From NCBI GenBank assembly GCA_964016885.1, contig OZ024747.1, positions 29,636,001 to 29,700,000 of the forward strand: a DNA stretch of 64,000 bases, given 5' to 3'. The notes beneath the pieces are model-generated. The model was given only the letters and a program-made list of their open reading frames with translations, did no database searches and was not told the DNA's origin. How positions within the stretch are numbered: position 1 is the stretch's first letter; each line of letters opens with the position of its first letter. This DNA is from Eledone cirrhosa (taxonomy: Eukaryota). The translations under genes were made by a program, and so were the position numbers. Below are positions 1 to 12,300 of this stretch, piece after piece.

Positions 1-1434
1 TAAAAAAAATCAGGGGGAGATAATTTGTAAAAAAAATCAGGGGTAGATAATTTGTAAAAAAAATCAGGGGGAGATAATTTGTAAAAAAAATCAGGGGGAG
101 ATAATTTGTAAAAAAAATCAGGGGTAGATAATTTCCAGCCGTCCAAGGGGAGATAATTTCCATCCTTCCAAGGGGAGATAATTTCCAGCCGTCCAAGGGG
201 AGATAATTTCCCGCCAGCCAAGGAGAGATAACATTTAAAAAAATCAGGCGGAGATAATTTGTAAAAAAAATCAGGGGGAGATAATTTGTAAAAAAATCAG
301 GGGGAGATAATTTGTAAAAAAAATCAGGGGTAGATAATTTCCAGCCGTCCAAGGGGAGATAATTTCCATCCTTCCAAGGGGAGATAATTTCCAGCCGTCC
401 AAGGGGAGATAATTTCCCGCCAGCCAAGGAGAGATAATATTTAAAAAAATCAGGCGGAGATAATTTGTAAAAAAAATCAGGGGGAGATAATTTGTAAAAA
501 AATCAGGGGGAGATAATTTGTAAAAAAAAATCAGGGGAGATAATTTGTAAAAAAAATCAGGGGGAGATAATTTGTAAAAAAAATCAGGGGTAGATAATTT
601 GTAAAAAAAAATCGGGGAGATAATTTGTAAAAAAAAAATCAGGGGGAGATAATTTGTAAAAAAATCAAGGGGAGATAATTTCCAGCCGTCCAAGGGGAGA
701 TAATTTTCAGCCGTCCAAGGAGGTAATTTCTAGCCGTCCAAGGGGAGATAATTTCCAGCCGTCCAAGGGGAGATAATTTTTTTTAAAAAATCAGGCGGAG
801 ATAATTTGTAAACAAAAATCAGGGGGAGATAATGTGTAAAAAAAAATTAGGGGGAGATAATTTGTAAAAAAAAATCATGGGGAGATAATTTGTAAAAAAA
901 TTCAGGGGTAGATAATTTCCAGCCGTCCAAGGGGAGATAATTTCCATCCTTCCAAGGGGAGATAATTTCCAGCCGTCCAAGGGGAGATAATTTCCCGCCA
1001 GCCAAGGAGAGATAATATTTAAAAAAATCAGGCGGGGATAATTTGTAAAAAAAATCAGGGGGAGATAATTTGTAAAAAAATCAGGGGGAGATAATTTGTA
1101 AAAAAAAATCAGGGGGAGATAATTTGTAAAAAAAAATCAGGGGGAGATAATTTGTAAAAAAAAATCAGGGGGAGATAATTTGTAAAAAAAATCAAGGGGA
1201 GATAATTTCCAGCCGTCCAAGGGGAGATAATTTTCAGCCGTCCAAGGAGAGGTAAATTCTAGCCGTCCAAGGGGAGATAATTTCCAGCCGTCCAAGGGGA
1301 GATAATTTTTAAAAAAAAATCAGGCGGAGATAATTTGTAAACAAAAATCAGGGGGAGATAATTTTTAAAAAAAAATCAGGGGGAGATAATTTGTAAAAAA
1401 AAATCAGGGGGAGATAATTTGTAAAAAAAATCAA

Positions 1435-1658
1435 GGGGAGATAATTTCCAGCCGTCCAAGGGGAGGTAATATCTAGCCATCCAAGGGGAGATAATTTCCA
1501 GCCGTCCAAGGGGAGATAATTTCCAGCCGTCCAAGGGGAGATAATATCCAGCCGTCCAAGGAGACATATTTTCCAGCCGTCCAAGGAGAGGTAATTTCTA
1601 GCCGTCCAAGGGGAGATAAGTTCCAGCCTCCAAGGGGAGATAATTTCCAGCCAGCCAA
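1435..1658. repeat. Nine-monomer A2 block (higher-order anchor module), first copy
   Basis: Fixed order of variant monomers (GGAGGTAATATCTAGCCATCC, GATAATATCC, GGAGACATATTTTCC, GATAAGTTCCAGCCTCC, CCAGCCAGCC). The matching MDGWKICLL/MSPWTAGYY pseudo-ORFs recur 31 times in the ORF track. Confidence 0.9.
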
Positions 1659-3317
1659 GGGGAGATAATTTCTAAAAAAATCAGGGGGGAGATAATTTGT
1701 AAAAAAAATCAGGGGGAGATAATTTGAAAAAAACATCAGGGGGAGATAATTTGTAAAAAATATCAAGGGGAGATAATTTCCAGCCCTCCAAGGGGCTATA
1801 ATTTCCAGCCGTGCAAGGGGAGATAATTTCCAGCCGTCCAAGGGGAGATAATTTCCATCCTTCCAAGGGGAGATAATTTCCAGCCGTCCAAGGGGAGATA
1901 ATTTCCCGCCAGCCAAGGGAAGATAATTTTTTAAAAAATCAGGCGGAGATTGTAAAAAAAATCAGGGGGAGATAATTTGTAAAAAAATCAGGGGGAGATA
2001 ATTTGTAAAAAAAAAATCAGGGGGAGATAATTTGTAAAAAAAAATCAGGGGGAGATAATTTGTAAAAAAAATCAGGGGGAGATAATTTGTAAAAAAAATC
2101 AGGGGTAGATAATTTGTAAAAAAAATCAGGGGGAGATAATTTGTAAAAAAAATCAGGGGGAGATAATTTGTAAAAAAAATCAGGGGTAGATAATTTTCAG
2201 CCGTCCAAGGGGAGATAATTTCCATCCTTCCAAGGGGAGATAATTTCCAGCCGTCCAAGGGGAGATAATTTCCCGCCAGCCAAGGAGAGATAACATTTAA
2301 AAAAATCAGGCGGAGATAATTTGTTAAAAAATCAGGGGGAGATAATTTGTAAAAAAAATCAGGGGTAGATAATTTTCAGCCGTCCAAGGGGAGATAATTT
2401 CCATCCTTCCAAGGGGAGATAATTTCCAGCCGTCCAAGGGGAGATAATTTCCCGCCAGCCAAGGAGAGATAACATTTAAAAAAATCAGGGGGAGATAATT
2501 TGTAAAAAAAAATCAGGGGGAGATAATTCGTAAAAAAAAATCAGGGGGAGATAATTTGTAAAAAAAAAATCAGGGGTAGATAATTTGTAAAAAAAAATCA
2601 GGGGGAGATAATTTGTAAAAAAAAAATCAGGGGGAGATAATTTGTAAAAAAATCAAGGGGAGATAATTTCCAGCCGTCCAAGGGGAGATAATTTTCAGCC
2701 GTCCAAGGAGAGGTAATTTCTAGCCGTCCAAGGGGAGATAATTTCCAGCCGTCCAAGGGGAGATAATTTTTAAAAAAAAATCAGGCGGAGATAATTTGTA
2801 AACAAAAATCAGGGGGAGATAATTTGTAAAAAAAAATCAGGGGGAGATAATTTGTAAAAAAAAATCAGGGGGAGATAATTTGTAAAAAAAATCAAGGGGA
2901 GATAATTTGTAAAAAAAAATCAGGGGTAGATAATTTGTAAAAAAAAATCAGGGGGAGATAATTTGTAAAAAAAAAATCAGGGGGAGATAATTTGTAAAAA
3001 AATCAAGGGGAGATAATTTCCAGCCGTCCAAGGGGAGATAATTTTCAGCCGTCCAAGGACAGGTAATTTCTAGCCGTCCAAGGGGAGATAATTTCCAGCC
3101 AGCCAAGGGGAGATAATTTGTAAAAAAATCAGGGGTAGATAATTTGTAAAAAAAAATCAGGGGGAGATAATTTGTAAAAAAAATCAGGGGGAGATAATTT
3201 GTAAAAAAAATCAGGGGTAGATAATTACCAGCCGTCCAAGGGGAGATAATTTCCATCCTTCCAAGGGGAGATAATTTCCAGCCGTCCAAGGGGAGATAAT
3301 TTCCCGCCAGCCAAGGA

Positions 3318-6300
3318 GAGATAACATTTAAAAAAATCAGGCGGAGATAATTTGTAAAAAAAATCAGTGGGAGATAATTTGTAAAAAAATCAGGGGGAGA
3401 TAATTTGTAAAAAAAATCAGGGGTAGATAATTTCCAGCCGTCCAAGGGGAGATAATTTCCATCCTTCCAAGGGGAGATAATTTCCAGCCGTCCAAGGGGA
3501 GATAATTTCCCGCCAGCCAAGGAGAGATAATATTTAAAAAAATCAGGCGGAGATAATTTGTAAAAAAAATCAGGGGGAGATAATTTGTAAAAAAATCAGG
3601 GGGAGATAATTTGTAAAAAAAAATCAGGGGAGATAATTTGTAAAAAAAATCAGGGGGAGATAATTTGTAAAAAAAAATCAGGGGTAGATAATTTGTAAAA
3701 AAAAATCAGGGGGAGATAATTTGTAAAAAAAAAATCAGGGGGAGATAATTTGTAAAAAAATCAAGGGGAGATAATTTCCAGCCGTCCAAGGGGAGATAAT
3801 TTTCAGCCGTCCAAGGAGGTAATTTCTAGCCGTCCAAGGGGAGATAATTTCCAGCCGTCCAAGGGGATATAATTTTTTTTTAAAAATCAGGCGGAGATAA
3901 TTTGTAAACAAAAATCAGGGGGAGATAATTTGTAAAAAAAAATCAGGGGGAGATAATTTGTAAAAAAAAATCAGGGGGAGATAATTTGTAAAAAAAATCA
4001 AGGGGAGATAATTTCCAGCCGTCCAAGGGGAGGTAATATCTAGCCATCCAAGGGGAGATAATTTCCAGCCGTCCAAGGGGAGATAATTTCCAGCCGTCCA
4101 AGGGGAGATAATATCCAGCCGTCCAAGGAGACATATTTTCCAGCCGTCCAAGGAGAGGTAATTTCTAGCCGTCCAAGGGGAGATAAGTTCCAGCCTCCAA
4201 GGGGAGAAAATTTCCAGCCAGCCAAGGGGAGATAATTTGTAAAAAAATCAGGGGGAGATAATTTGTAAAAAAAAAATCAGGGGGAGATAATTTGTAAAAA
4301 AATCAGGGGGAGATAATTTGTAAAAAAAAAATCAGGGGGAGATAATTTGTAAAAAAAATCAGGGGGAGATAATTTGTAGAAAAAATCAGGGGTAGATAAT
4401 TTGTAAAAAAAATCAGGGGGAGATAATTTGTAAAAAAAATCAGGGGGAGATAATTTGTAAAAAAAATCAGGGGTAGATAATTTTCAGCCGTCCAAGGGGA
4501 GATAATTTCCATCCTTCCAAGGGGAGATAATTTCCAGCCGTCCAAGGGGAGATAATTTCCCGCCAGCCAAGGAGAGATAACATTTAAAAAAATCAGGCGG
4601 AGATAATTTGTAAAAAAAATCAGGGGGAGATAATTTGTAAAAAAATCAGGGGGAGATAATTTGTAAAAAAAATCAGGGGTAGATAATTTCCAGCCGTCCA
4701 AGGGGAGATAATTTCCATCCTTCCAAGGGGAGATAATTTCCAGCCGTCCAAGGGGAGATAATTTCCCGCCAGCCAAGGAGAGATAATATTTAAAAAAATC
4801 AGGCGGAGATAATTTGTAAAAAAAATCAGGATGAGATAATTTGTAAAAAAATCAGGGGGAGATAATTTGTAAAAAAAAATCAGGGGGAGATAATTTGTAA
4901 AAAAAATCAGGGGGAGATAATTTGTAAAAAAAAATCAGGGGTAGATAATTTGTAAAAAAAAATCAGGGGGAGATAATTTGTAAAAAAAAAATCAGGGGGA
5001 GATAATTTGTAAAAAAATCAAGGGGAGATAATTTCCAGCCGACCAAGGGGAGATAATTTTCAGCCGTCCAAGGAGAGGTAATTTCTAGCCGTCCAAGGGG
5101 AGATAATTTCCAGCCGTCCAAGGGGAGATAATTTTTTTAAAAAAATCAGGCGGAGATAATTTGTAAACAAAAATCAGGGGGAGATAATTTGTAAAAAAAA
5201 ATCAGGGGGAGATAATTTGTAAAAAAAAAATCAGGGGGTGATAATTTGTAAAAAAATCAAGGGGAGATAATTTCCAGCCGTCCAAGGGGAGATAATTTTC
5301 AGCCGTCCAAGGAGAGGTAATTTCTAGCCGTCCAAGGGGAGATAATTTCCAGCCAGCCAAGGGGAGATAATTTGTAAAAAAATCAGGGGTAGATAATTTG
5401 TAAAAAAAAATCAGGGGGAGATAATTTGTAAAAAAAATCAGGGGGAGATAATTTGTAAAAAAATCAGGGGGAGATAATTTGTAAAAAAAATCAGGGGGAG
5501 ATAATTTGTAAAAAAATCAGGGGGAGATAATTTGTAAAAAAAAAATCAGGGGGATATAATTTGTAAAAAAAACAGGGCGAGATAATTTGTAAAAAAAATC
5601 AGGGGTAGATAATTTGTAAAAAAAATCAGGGGGAGATAATTTGTAAAAAAAATCAGGGGGAGATAATTTGTAAAAAAAATCAGGGGTAGATAATTTCCAG
5701 CCGTCCAAGGGGAGATAATTTCCATCCTTCCAAGGGGAGATAATTTCCAGCCGTCCAAGGGGAGATAATTTCCCGCCAGCCAAGGAGAGATAACATTTAA
5801 AAAAATCAGGCGGAGATAATTTGTAAAAAAAATCAGGGAGAGATAATTTGTAAAAAAATCAGGGGGAGATAATTTGTAAAAAAAATCAGGGGTAGATAAT
5901 TTCCAGCCGTCCAAGGGGAGATAATTTCCATCCTTCCAAGGGGAGATAATTTCCAGCCGTCCAAGGGGAGATAATTTCCCGCCAGCCAAGGAGAGATAAT
6001 ATTTAAAAAAATCAGGCGGAGATAATTTGTAAAAAAAATCAGGGGGAGATAATTTGTAAAAAAATCAGGGGGAGATAATTTGTAAAAAAAAATCAGGGGA
6101 GATAATTTGTAAAAAAAATCAGGGGGAGATAATTTGTAAAAAAAATCAGGGGTAGATAATTTGTAAAAAAAAATCAGGGGGAGATAATTTGTAAAAAAAA
6201 AATCAGGGGGAGATAATTTGTAAAAAAATCAAGGGGAGATAATTTCCAGCCGTCCAAGGGGAGATAATTTTCAGCCGTCCAAGGAGGTAATTTCTAGCCG

Positions 6301-9300
6301 TCCAAGGGGAGATAATTTCCAGCCGTCCAAGGGGAGATAATTTTTTTAAAAAAATCAGGCGGAGATAATTTGTAAACAAAAATCAGGGGGAGATAATTTG
6401 TAAAAAAAAATCAGGGGGAGATAATTTGTAAAAAAAAATCAGGGGGAGATAATTTGTAAAAAAAATCAAGGGGAGATAATTTCCAGCCGTCCAAGGGGAG
6501 GTAATATCTAGCCATCCAAGGGGAGATAATTTCCAGCCGTCCAAGGGGAGATAATTTCCAGCCGTCCAAGGGGAGATAATATCCAGCCGTCCAAGGAGAC
6601 ATATTTTCCAGCCGTCCAAGGAGAGGTAATTTCTAGCCGTCCAAGGGGAGATAAGTTCCAGCCTCCAAGGGGAGATAATTTCCAGCCAGCCAAGGGGAGA
6701 TAATTTGTAAAAAAATCAGGGGGAGATAATTTGTAAAAAAAAAATCAGGGGGAGATAATTTGTAAAAAAATCAGGGGGAGATAATTTGTAAAAAAAAAAT
6801 CAGGGGGAGATAATTTGTAAAAAAAATCAGGGGGAGATAATTTGTAAAAAAAATCAGGGGTAGATAATTTGTAAAAAAAATCAGGGGGAGATAATTTGTA
6901 AAAAAAATCAGGGGGAGATAATTTGTAAAAAAAATCAGGGGTAGATAATTTTCAGCCGTCCAAGGGGAGATAATTTCCATCCTTCCAAGGGGAGATAATT
7001 TCCAGCCGTCCAAGGAGAGATAATTTCCCGCCAGCCAAGGAGAGATAACATTTAAAAAAATCAGGCGGAGATAATTTGTAAAAAAAATCAGTGGGAGATA
7101 ATTTGTAAAAAAATCAGGGGGAGATAATTTGTAAAAAAAATCAGGGGTAGATAATTTCCAGCCGTCCAAGGGGAGATAATTTCCATCCTTCCAAGGGGAG
7201 ATAATTTCCAGCCGTCCAAGGGGAGATGATTTCCCGCCAGCCAAGGAGAGATAATATTTAAAAAAATCAGGCGGAGATAATTTGTAAAAAAAATCAGGGG
7301 GAGATAATTTGTAAAAAAAATCAGGGGGAGATAATTTGTAGAAAAAATCAGGGGTAGATAATTTGTAAAAAAAATCAGGGGGAGATAATTTGTAAAAAAA
7401 ATCAGGGGGAGATAATTTGTAAAAAAAATCAGGGGTAGATAATTTTCAGCCGTCCAAGGGGAGATAATTTCCATCCTTCCAAGGGGAGATAATTTCCAGC
7501 CGTCCAAGGGGAGATAATCTCCCGCCAGCCAAGGAGAGATAACATTTAAAAAAATCAGGCGGAGATAATTTGTAAAAAAAATCAGGGGGAGATAATTTGT
7601 AAAAAAATCAGGGGGAGATAATTTGTAAAAAAAATCAGGGGTAGATAATTTCCAGCCGTCCAAGGGGAGATAATTTCCATCCTTCCAAGGGGAGATAATT
7701 TCCAGCCGTCCAAGGGGAGATAATTTCCCGCCAGCCAAGGAGAGATAATATTTAAAAAAATCAGGCGGAGATAATTTGTAAAAAAAATCAGGGGGAGATA
7801 ATTTGTAAAAAAATCAGGGGGAGATAATTTGTAAAAAAAAATCAGGGGGAGATAATTTGTAAAAAAAATCAGGGGGAGATAATTTGTAAAAAAAATCAGG
7901 GGTAGATAATTTGTAAAAAAAAATCAGGGGGAGATAATTTGTAAAAAAAAAATCAGGGGGAGATAATTTGTAAAAAAATCAAGGGGAGATAATTTCCAGC
8001 CGTCCAAGGGGAGATAATTTTCAGCCGTCCAAGGAGAGGTAATTTCTCGCCGTCCAAGGGGAGATAATTTCCAGCCGTCCAAGGGGAGATAATTTTTTTA
8101 AAAAAATCAGGCGGAGATAATTTGTAAAAAAAAATCAGGGGGAGATAATTTGTAAAAAAAAATCAGGGGGAGATAATTTGTAAAAAAAATCAAGGGGAGA
8201 TAATTTCCAGCCGTCCAAGGGGAGGTAATATCTAGCCATCCAAGGGGAGATAATTTCCAGCCGTCCAAGGGGAGATAATTTCCAGCCGTCCAAGGGGAGA
8301 TAATATCCAGCCGTCCAAGGAGACATATTTTCCAGCCGTCCAAGGAGAGGTAATTTCTAGCCGTCCAAGGGGAGATAAGTTCCAGCCTCCAAGGGGAGAT
8401 AATTTCCAGCCAGCCAAGGGGAGATAATTTGTAAAAAAATCAGGGGGAGATAATTTGTAAAAAAAAAATCAGGGGGAGATAATTTGTAAAAAAATCAGGG
8501 GGAGATAATTTGTAAAAAAAAAATCAGGGGGAGATAATTTGTAAAAAAAATCAGGGGGAGATAATTTGTAAAAAAAATCAGGGGTAGATAATTTGTAAAA
8601 AAAATCAGGGGGAGATAATTTGTAAAAAAAATCAGGGGTAGATAATTTTCAGCCGTCCAAGGGGAGATAATTTCCATCCTTCCAAGGGGAGATAATTTCC
8701 AGCCGTCCAAGGAGAGATAATTTCCCGCCAGCCAAGGAGAGATAACATTTAAAAAAATCAGGCGGAGATAATTTGTAAAAAAAATCAGGGGGAGATAATT
8801 TGTAAAAAAATCAGGGGGAGATAATTTGTAAAAAAAATCAGGGGTAGATAATTTCCAGCCGTCCAAGGGGAGATAATTTCCATCCTTCCAAGGGGAGATA
8901 ATTTCCAGCCGTCCAAGGGGAGATAATTTCCCGCCAGCCAAGGAGAGATAATATTTAAAAAAATCAGGCGGAGATAATTTGTAAAAAAAATCAGGGGGAG
9001 ATAATTTGTAAAAAAATCAGGGGGAGATAATTTGTAAAAGAAAATCAGGGGGAGATAATTTGTAAAAAAAATCAGGGGGAGATAATTTGTAAAAAAAAAT
9101 CAGGGGTAGATAATTTGTAAAAAAAAATCAGGGGGAGATAATTTGTAAAAAAAAAATCAGGGGGAGATAATTTGTAAAAAAATCAAGGGGAGATAATTTC
9201 CAGCCGTCCAAGGGGAGATAATTTTCAGCCGTCCAAGTAGAGGTAATTTCTAGCCGTCCAAGGGGAGATAATTTCCAGCCGTCCAAGGGGAGATAATTTT

Positions 9301-12300
9301 TTTAAAAAAATCAGGCGGAGATAATTTGTAAACAAAAATCAGGGGGAGATAATTTGTAAAAAAAATCAGGGGGAGATAATTTGTAAAAAAAAATCAGGGG
9401 GAGATAATTTGTAAAAAAATTCAAGGGGAGATAATTTCCAGCCGTCCAAGGGGAGGTAATATCTAGCCATCCAAGGGGAGATAATTTCCAGCCGTCCAAG
9501 GGGAGATAATTTTTTTAAAAAAATCAGGCGGAGATAATTTGTAAACAAAAATCAGGGGGAGATAATTTGTAAAAAAAAATCAGGGGGAGATAATTTGTAA
9601 AAAAAAAATCAGGGGGTGATAATTTGTAAAAAAATCAAGGGGAGATAATTTCCAGCCGTCCAAGGGGAGATAATTTTCAGCCGTCCAAGGAGAGGTAATT
9701 TCTAGCCGTCCAAGGGGAGATTATTTCCAGCCAGCCAAGGGGAGATAATTTGTAAAAAAATCAGGGGTAGATAATTTGTAAAAAAAAATCAGGGGGAGAT
9801 AATTTGTAAAAAAAATCAGGGGGAGATAATTTGTAAAAAAAATCAGGGGTAGATAATTTCCAGCCGTCCAAGGGGAGATAATTTCCATCCTTCCAAGGGG
9901 AGATAATTTCCAGCCGTCCAAGGGGAGATAATTTCCCGCCAGCCAAGGAGAGATAACATTTAAAAAAATCAGGCGGAGATAATTTGTAAAAAAAATCAGG
10001 GGGAGATAATTTGTAAAAACATCAGGGGGAGATAATTTGTAAAAAAAAAATCAGGGGGAGATAATTTGTAAAAAAAATCAGGGCGAGATAATTTGTAAAA
10101 AAAATCAGGGGTAGATAATTTGTAAAAAAAATCAGGGGGAGATAATTTGTAAAAAAAATCAGGGGGAGATAATTTGTAAAAAAAATCAGGGGTAGATAAT
10201 TTCCAGCCGTCCAAGGGGAGATAATTTCCATCCTTCCAAGGGGAGATAATTTCCAGCCGTCCAAGGGGAGATAATTTCCCGCCAGCCAAGGAGAGATAAC
10301 ATTTAAAAAAATCAGGCGGAGATAATTTGTAAAAAAAATCAGGGGGAGATAATTTGTAAAAAAATCAGGGGGAGATAATTTGTAAAAAAAATCAGGGGTA
10401 GATAATTTCCAGCCGTCCAAGGGGAGATAATTTCCATCCTTCCAAGGGGAGATAATTTCCAGCCGTCCAAGGGGAGATAATTTCCCGCCAGCCAAGGAGA
10501 GATAATATTTAAAAAAATCAGGCGGAGATAATTTGTAAAAAAAATCAGGGGGAGATAATTTGTAAAAAAATCAGGGGGAGATAATTTGTAAAAAAAAATC
10601 AGGGGAGATAATTTGTAAAAAAAATCAGGGGGAGATAATTTGTAAAAAAAATCAGGGGTAGATAATTTGTAAAAAAAAATCAGGGGGAGATAATTTGTAA
10701 AAAAAAAATCAGGGGGAGATAATTTGTAAAAAAATCAAGGGTAGATAATTTCCAGCCGTCCAAGGGGAGATAATTTTCAGCCGTCCAAGGAGGTAATTTC
10801 TAGCCGTCCAAGGGGAGATAATTTCCAGCCGTCCAAGGGGAGATAATTTTTTTAAAAAAATCAGGCGGAGATAATTTGTAAACAAAAATCAGGGGGAGAT
10901 AATTTGTAAAAAAAAATCAGGGGGAGATAATTTGTAAAAAAAAATCAGGGGGAGATAATTTGTAAAAAAAATCAAGGGGAGATAATTTCCAGCCGTCCAA
11001 GGGGAGGTAATATCTAGCCATCCAAGGGGAGATAATTTCCAGCCGTCCAAGGGGAGATAATTTCCAGCCGTCCAAGGGGAGATAATATCCAGCCGTCCAA
11101 GGAGACATATTTTCCAGCCGTCCAAGGAGAGGTAATTTCTAGCCGTCCAAGGGGAGATAAGTTCCAGCCTCCAAGGGGAGATAATTTCCAGCCAGCCAAG
11201 GGGAGATAATTTGTAAAAAAATCAGGGGGAGATAATTTGTAAAAAAAAAATCAGGGGGAGATAATTTGTAAAAAAATCAGGGGGAGATAATTTGTAAAAA
11301 AAAAATCAGGGGGAGATAATTTGTAAAAAAAATCAGGGGGAGATAATTTGTAGAAAAAATCAGGGGTAGATAATTTGTAAAAAAAATCAGGGGGAGATAA
11401 TTTGTAAAAAAAATCAGGGGGAGATAATTTGTAAAAAAAATCAGGGGTAGATAATTTTCAGCCGTCCAAGGGGAGATAATTTCCATCCTTCCAAGGGGAG
11501 ATAATTTCCAGCCGTCCAAGGGGAGATAATCTCCCGCCAGCCAAGGAGAGATAACATTTAAAAAAATCAGGCGGAGATAATTTGTAAAAAAAATCAGGGG
11601 GAGATAATTTGTAAAAAAATCAGGGGTAGATAATTTCCAGCCGTCCAAGGGGAGATAATTTCCATCCTTCCAAGGGGAGATAATTTCCAGCCGTCCAAGG
11701 GGAGATAATTTCCCGCCAGCCAAGGAGAGATAATATTTAAAAAAATCAGGCGGAGATAATTTGTAAAAAAAATCAGGGGGAGATAATTTGTAAAAAAATC
11801 AGGGGGAGATAATTTGTAAAAAAAAATCAGGGGAGATAATTTGTAAAAAAAATCAGGGGGAGATAATTTGTAAAAAAAATCAGGGGTAGATAATTTGTAA
11901 AAAAAAATCAGGGGGAGATAATTTGTAAAAAAAAAATCAGGGGGAGATAATTTGTAAAAAAATCAAGGGTAGATAATTTCCAGCCGTCCAAGGGGAGATA
12001 ATTTTCAGCCGTCCAAGGAGGTAATTTCTAGCCGTCCAAGGGGAGATAATTTCCAGCCGTCCAAGGGGAGATAATTTTTTTAAAAAAATCAGGCGGAGAT
12101 AATTTGTAAACAAAAATCAGGGGGAGATAATTTGTAAAAAAAAATCAGGGGGAGATAATTTGTAAAAAAAAATCAGGGGGAGATAATTTGTAAAAAAAAT
12201 CAAGGGGAGATAATTTCCAGCCGTCCAAGGGGAGGTAATATCTAGCCATCCAAGGGGAGATAATTTCCAGCCGTCCAAGGGGAGATAATTTCCAGCCGTC

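Noticed and set aside
1435-1660. NF-kB/Rel-like sites (GGGGAGATAATTTCC) and CpG-decay variant GCCATCC
   Set aside because: The spacing does not fit the 10-bp GGGRNWYYCC consensus. One fixed CG-to-CA variant is too little to infer methylation.
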